A stretch of 64,000 nucleotides of DNA from the human T2T-CHM13v2.0 reference genome, Homo sapiens. Positions 59,872 to 64,000 of the stretch are shown in pieces. The translations under genes and the position numbers were made by a program. The notes below the pieces were generated by a model, which had not been told where the DNA came from, did no database searches, and worked only from the letters and a program-made list of their open reading frames with translations. Position 1 is the stretch's first letter. Each line of letters opens with the position of its first letter. The DNA lies in assembly GCF_009914755.1 (NCBI RefSeq), contig NC_060934.1; one strand, written 5' to 3'.

Positions 59872-61251
59872 GGCCTTTTCCTCCCAGCTATGTCAAGCCT
59901 CATGTTGCATGGAGCTGTGGCAGTTACGACAGAAGGGCAGAACAGAAAGATCAATTAATTTTAGAGTTCCTGAAAATATAAATACGAAGTTGAATTCAAG
60001 ATTTGCTTCTGATCAGCTCTATTCTGCCCTTGGGTAAGCGTTGACTACAATACTAGTTAGCTTTAAACAATCTGTCCTTGTAAGAAAGATCTGCTTCTGA
60101 ATACACCAACACATTTTCTGCAAAAAGGAAGGCAATTAGTGAGCTAAGCTACAGCTCTTATATTTTTCTTATATACAAAAAGACATTTTAAAAAATGTAC
60201 ACCGTTTAAGAGTATTATTATTGCATCCTGTTTAAGCCACCCAGTGTTCTCCAAGAGGCACTTGCTGCTCTTTGAAATGTCAGTTTGGTAGGACACAAGG
60301 CTAGGTAAAACAAGGGAACATTAGTTAAATGCCTAAGAAAAATCCTAAGGAAAAGGGTACAACATCCTTTGTCCCTGGGGCAGATAACCATTAACCTGAG
60401 ATCTTAGCTCTGCAAACTCTCAGGCTGTCTCTCTTCTGATGTTTCCTTTCTCTACTTGTGACTTCACATTTACTTTCCCAAAAGCCTTTCTAGGCAGAAG
60501 AAAACCACCCCAGAGATTCAAGTACCTGAGACACCAACCTATCCAACTCCTCACCTCTGTCACCTGACTCCCAACATGCAGCTCTGCAGCTTTACTTTCT
60601 TGCTTACTTTCCCCCCTGGAATTTTCACATTATCATTCCACAGCCTTTATAAAAATATTCACATGGTAAAAGCCACCTCTAGTTTGATAATAGAAAAATG
60701 TTTGTACCACCTAAAAAATGGTATGATTTCTTTTTTAGATGGTAAGAGTTTGTAAGTTTGTTTCCTTCCTTTTTTTTTTTTCTTTTGCTTTGGCTATTAG
60801 GAAACTCAAAGGAAATTTCTGCTCAATTACAAGTCACTCCCTTAGTGTGTGTTTGCTCTCTACCTCACCAATGAGTTCTCATTTTTCTATTCATTTATTA
60901 ACGATTCTACTGAAAATGTATTTTCTATTCTAACTGCCCTAAAATAATACAAATATTTGTATATTGGTGGAATATAATACATTAAGTGAAAAATTCCCAC
61001 CATGTTCATGAAATGTGTTCCTTTCTGTACTCTGAATTATTCAAATTTCTATATTAACTAAAATAAAAACCTTTGCTCATTTCTTCCATTGAAAACTAAC
61101 TCTGAAATGTGAGTATTGCACATTTTGACCAAATTTGTGAGTGAAGTAACAATGTTTCTGGAGAAACGAAAAAGCCAGTGGCAAAACACAAAATGTGAAC
61201 GACAGAGCACTAAAATGGCACATCAACAAAGTCCTTAAAAATAGCAGTGTT

Positions 61252-61557
61252 GGCCGGGCGCGGTGGCTCACGCCTGTAATCCCAGCACTTTGGGAGGCCG
61301 AGGCGGGTGGATCATGAGGTCAGGAGATCGAGACCATCCTGGCTAACAAGGTGAAACCCCGTCTCTACTAAAAATACAAAAAATTAGCCGGGCGCGGTGG
61401 CGGGCGCCTGTAGTCCCAGCTACTGGGGAGGCTGAGGCAGGAGAATGGCGTTGAACCCGGGAAGCGGAGCTTGCAGTGAGCCGAGATTGCGCCACTGCAG
61501 TCCGCAGTCCAGCCTGGGCGACAGAGCGAGACTCCGTCTCAAAAAAAAAAAAAAAAA
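61252..61557 (+). mobile_element. Young AluYb-lineage element (Yb11-type)
   Basis: GCAGTCC-GCAGTCC 7-bp duplication, AACAAGGTG, intact CpGs, pure A tail, 15-bp TSD AAAAATAGCAGTGTT. Confidence 0.93.
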
Positions 61558-62959
61558 AAAAATAGCAGTGTTTACATGAGCACTTTAAGGCTGAAACGAT
61601 GAAAAGGATGACTCAAGCACTGATTAAGTCACAAAATGAATAACGATTATATGTTACGGGGAGGCTGCATAATGCTCACAAAACCATCCTAAGAAAAAAA
61701 TGTTGTGGTACCCCCTTAATTTTCCTGAGGTAGTTGTTTTGGGGGGCACAGTAGGAGGGGAGAATCTTTGTAAGATTTTAATACCAGAACTTCCAAACCA
61801 ACCTAAAAACTGAATGGCTGATTTTTGTTTTTTAAAGAAGAAAATTTTCATCTTCTTATAATAAAAGTTTGGTTGGTATTAAGCCACTTTGGGTTCAAGG
61901 AATCAATTTACTCAATTGTCTGAGTAAATCTCTCTCTGAACATGAGAACTTGATGATCAAAAACCCATCTTTAATATTCTTGCTACTTAAATTTGGTCAA
62001 TGTGACTCAGCATTTTCCAGATTTAAACTGTTACGATAGACTACTTGAAGCTGACTGAACTCAATCTAGAAGCTTCAGCCCATTAGCTGCGATTGCTGAT
62101 TAATTTTACTTTAAGGTAGTTTTTTGAAGTCGGCTTCCTACCTGGTCACAAGGGGAAACCTCATAAAGGTTTCCGTTAATTCCCATGACCGAGCTGATGA
62201 AACCACTGAAGACACGCACAGTTATGGGATACATTTTGAGGCCTAATACAGACCTAATGTCACACAAATGCAAACTGTGAGCTCCAGACTCGCTCAGATG
62301 GTACATTATAGTCAGTGACAGAGCTGGAATTTCCCAGTCACTCAGTTCACAGGCAGGCACAGTAAGTTAATGGATACAAAGAGTAAAGATGATTTTCCTG
62401 CATTTGTAACTGATGTGTAATTTCTACTGCAACTACTAAATGAGTGCTCATTTTGTGCCATGCACATTGCTAAGCATTTTTCACTTACTGACTTAATCTT
62501 TAGAATTATCCTATGAAGCAGTGCTTTTATTATTCTCATTATATAGATGAAGAAACTGAGGCACAAAGAGGTTCAGTAATTTGCTTAAGGGCAACCAGCT
62601 GGTATACAAGAGAACTAGGACTCAAACTTGGGTGGTCTGGCTCCAGAGCCTGTACTTGATGCTATATTGTTGCCGAAACTCTTCCTGAATGTCTTTACAC
62701 AAGGGCATCTTGCATTAAACAAATCAGATCTATAAATGCCTGGTTACCTACAAATAAGTAAACACACCAATAAATAAAAATATCTAAGAGTTCTTATGAG
62801 ATATCCATAAATATCTTTACCCATCCCATACTTCTCACTCACATTAAAAACAAATATTTTAATAATACTTTTTAAAAGATTGTTTCATGTAAAAAGAGAC
62901 TTAGAAGAAGATGTTTCAGAGATGAAGAGAAGGACTGTGGAGAATTCAAACCGGCTTAC

Positions 62960-63080
62960 TACTGCTATCTGCTTCTGCTGTCACCTTTCTGCGACGCAAA
63001 ATCCTTTCTAACTCAGTTTCACTGTTTTCAGGGTCAAGGGATTTTAAGCTTCTTGAACTAGTGGATTTGTTAAGTGTCCC
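62960..63080 (-). CDS. SHTN1: SHTN1 coding exon (exon 15 by my recalled numbering; GTLNKS...EADSS)
   Basis: Acceptor cactttag|GGG, donor GTA|gtaagc; 121 nt open frame containing ELERILRRRK; the gene continues beyond the window end. Confidence 0.93.
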
Positions 63081-64000
63081 CTAAAGTGAAAACAAAACAA
63101 AAACAAAAAGGTTAATGTCTTAATACAATATACAAAAGAATATAAAAATCAAACCATGAAAACATTACCAGAATTTGAATGGAATTATGAAACAAAATGA
63201 ATTTGCTATATATTAATATTTTTTAAATGTGCACATTTTCAACAAGACAGAGTGTTGGATCATTTAAGAAGATGCTATTGATGGTGTAAATGCTAGCTTT
63301 TGTTTCAGAAGAACAGTACAAGAACACTTCTGGAAGAGGTGACTATATGAAATTCATCAGTGGGAAGGTACCTGCATAGCGACGATTAAGACGTGATGTG
63401 TGTTGACTGGGTGGAGAAGAGAATTGATATATTAAACTCACCTTAGAAGGAAATCTTTATATGGCAGCCACAAGCTACTAAACTGAAGTCACAGCGGCAC
63501 TGAAAAATGTGTGACTGATCCTTCAGAGGGTGACCCTGGCTGCACACCTGATGTCCGTGGCGTCGTAGCTGTCAAAGGAGGCACATAATGCTCTCCAGGG
63601 GCCGACCCAAAGAAGGGCTGCACTGAGCACATCTTGACTTCAGTATGAAAGGAAAGTTATAATCATACAGAGAGGCAAGCAAGGGTCGGCATCTTAACTC
63701 CACATTCCTAACACAGGAGACAGTTAATGTATTATTCAGGGCCCAGAAGACACTGAAGGAAACAAGAGATGCTATAAATCTGTACTCCTGCTGAAACTGA
63801 TACTGGCTTTCAAGAAGACAGAGGAAGATCCATGTTTCCCTGCTCTGGCTCTTCCGGGAAGTATGTTACAGAGTGAGAGCTATGGTTTTCCATCTCCATT
63901 ACTAGTCAAGTGTTTGTACAGAACACTGGGTGACGTATTTCTCAGTGATACATAAGGATTTAATACATCAACAAGTCTTTCATCAGAGATGCCCATTATT

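Overview
Human (primate) genomic DNA that I recognise from memory as the 10q25.3 ENO4/SHTN1 locus. The + strand carries the complete ENO4 (enolase 4) gene, reconstructed by hand as 14 GT-AG coding exons from ATG 5867 to TAG 37982. These give 1878 nt, or 625 aa plus stop, with all exon phases consistent. A CpG-island promoter with an RFX X-box lies upstream. The - strand carries the last three coding exons of SHTN1 (shootin-1) and a long 3'UTR that appears to run antisense across the last ENO4 exon. The rest is intronic or intergenic sequence with about 25 Alus (including a very young AluYb11-type copy), MaLR LTRs, MER/L2/MIR fossils and microsatellites. There is no prokaryotic-type system, CRISPR array, rRNA or tRNA. 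The most interesting signals are: (1) ENO4 is apparently overlapped by antisense transcripts at both ends, with one CCATGG palindrome offering a start codon on each strand; (2) ENO4 looks like a catalytically degenerate enolase fused to a docking/dimerisation domain; (3) there are several unusual splice architectures, namely a dual-use splice site at ENO4 exon 12 and a dual-frame last exon plus a stop-containing cassette exon in SHTN1. Most ORFs in the supplied track are Alu-derived or chance ORFs.
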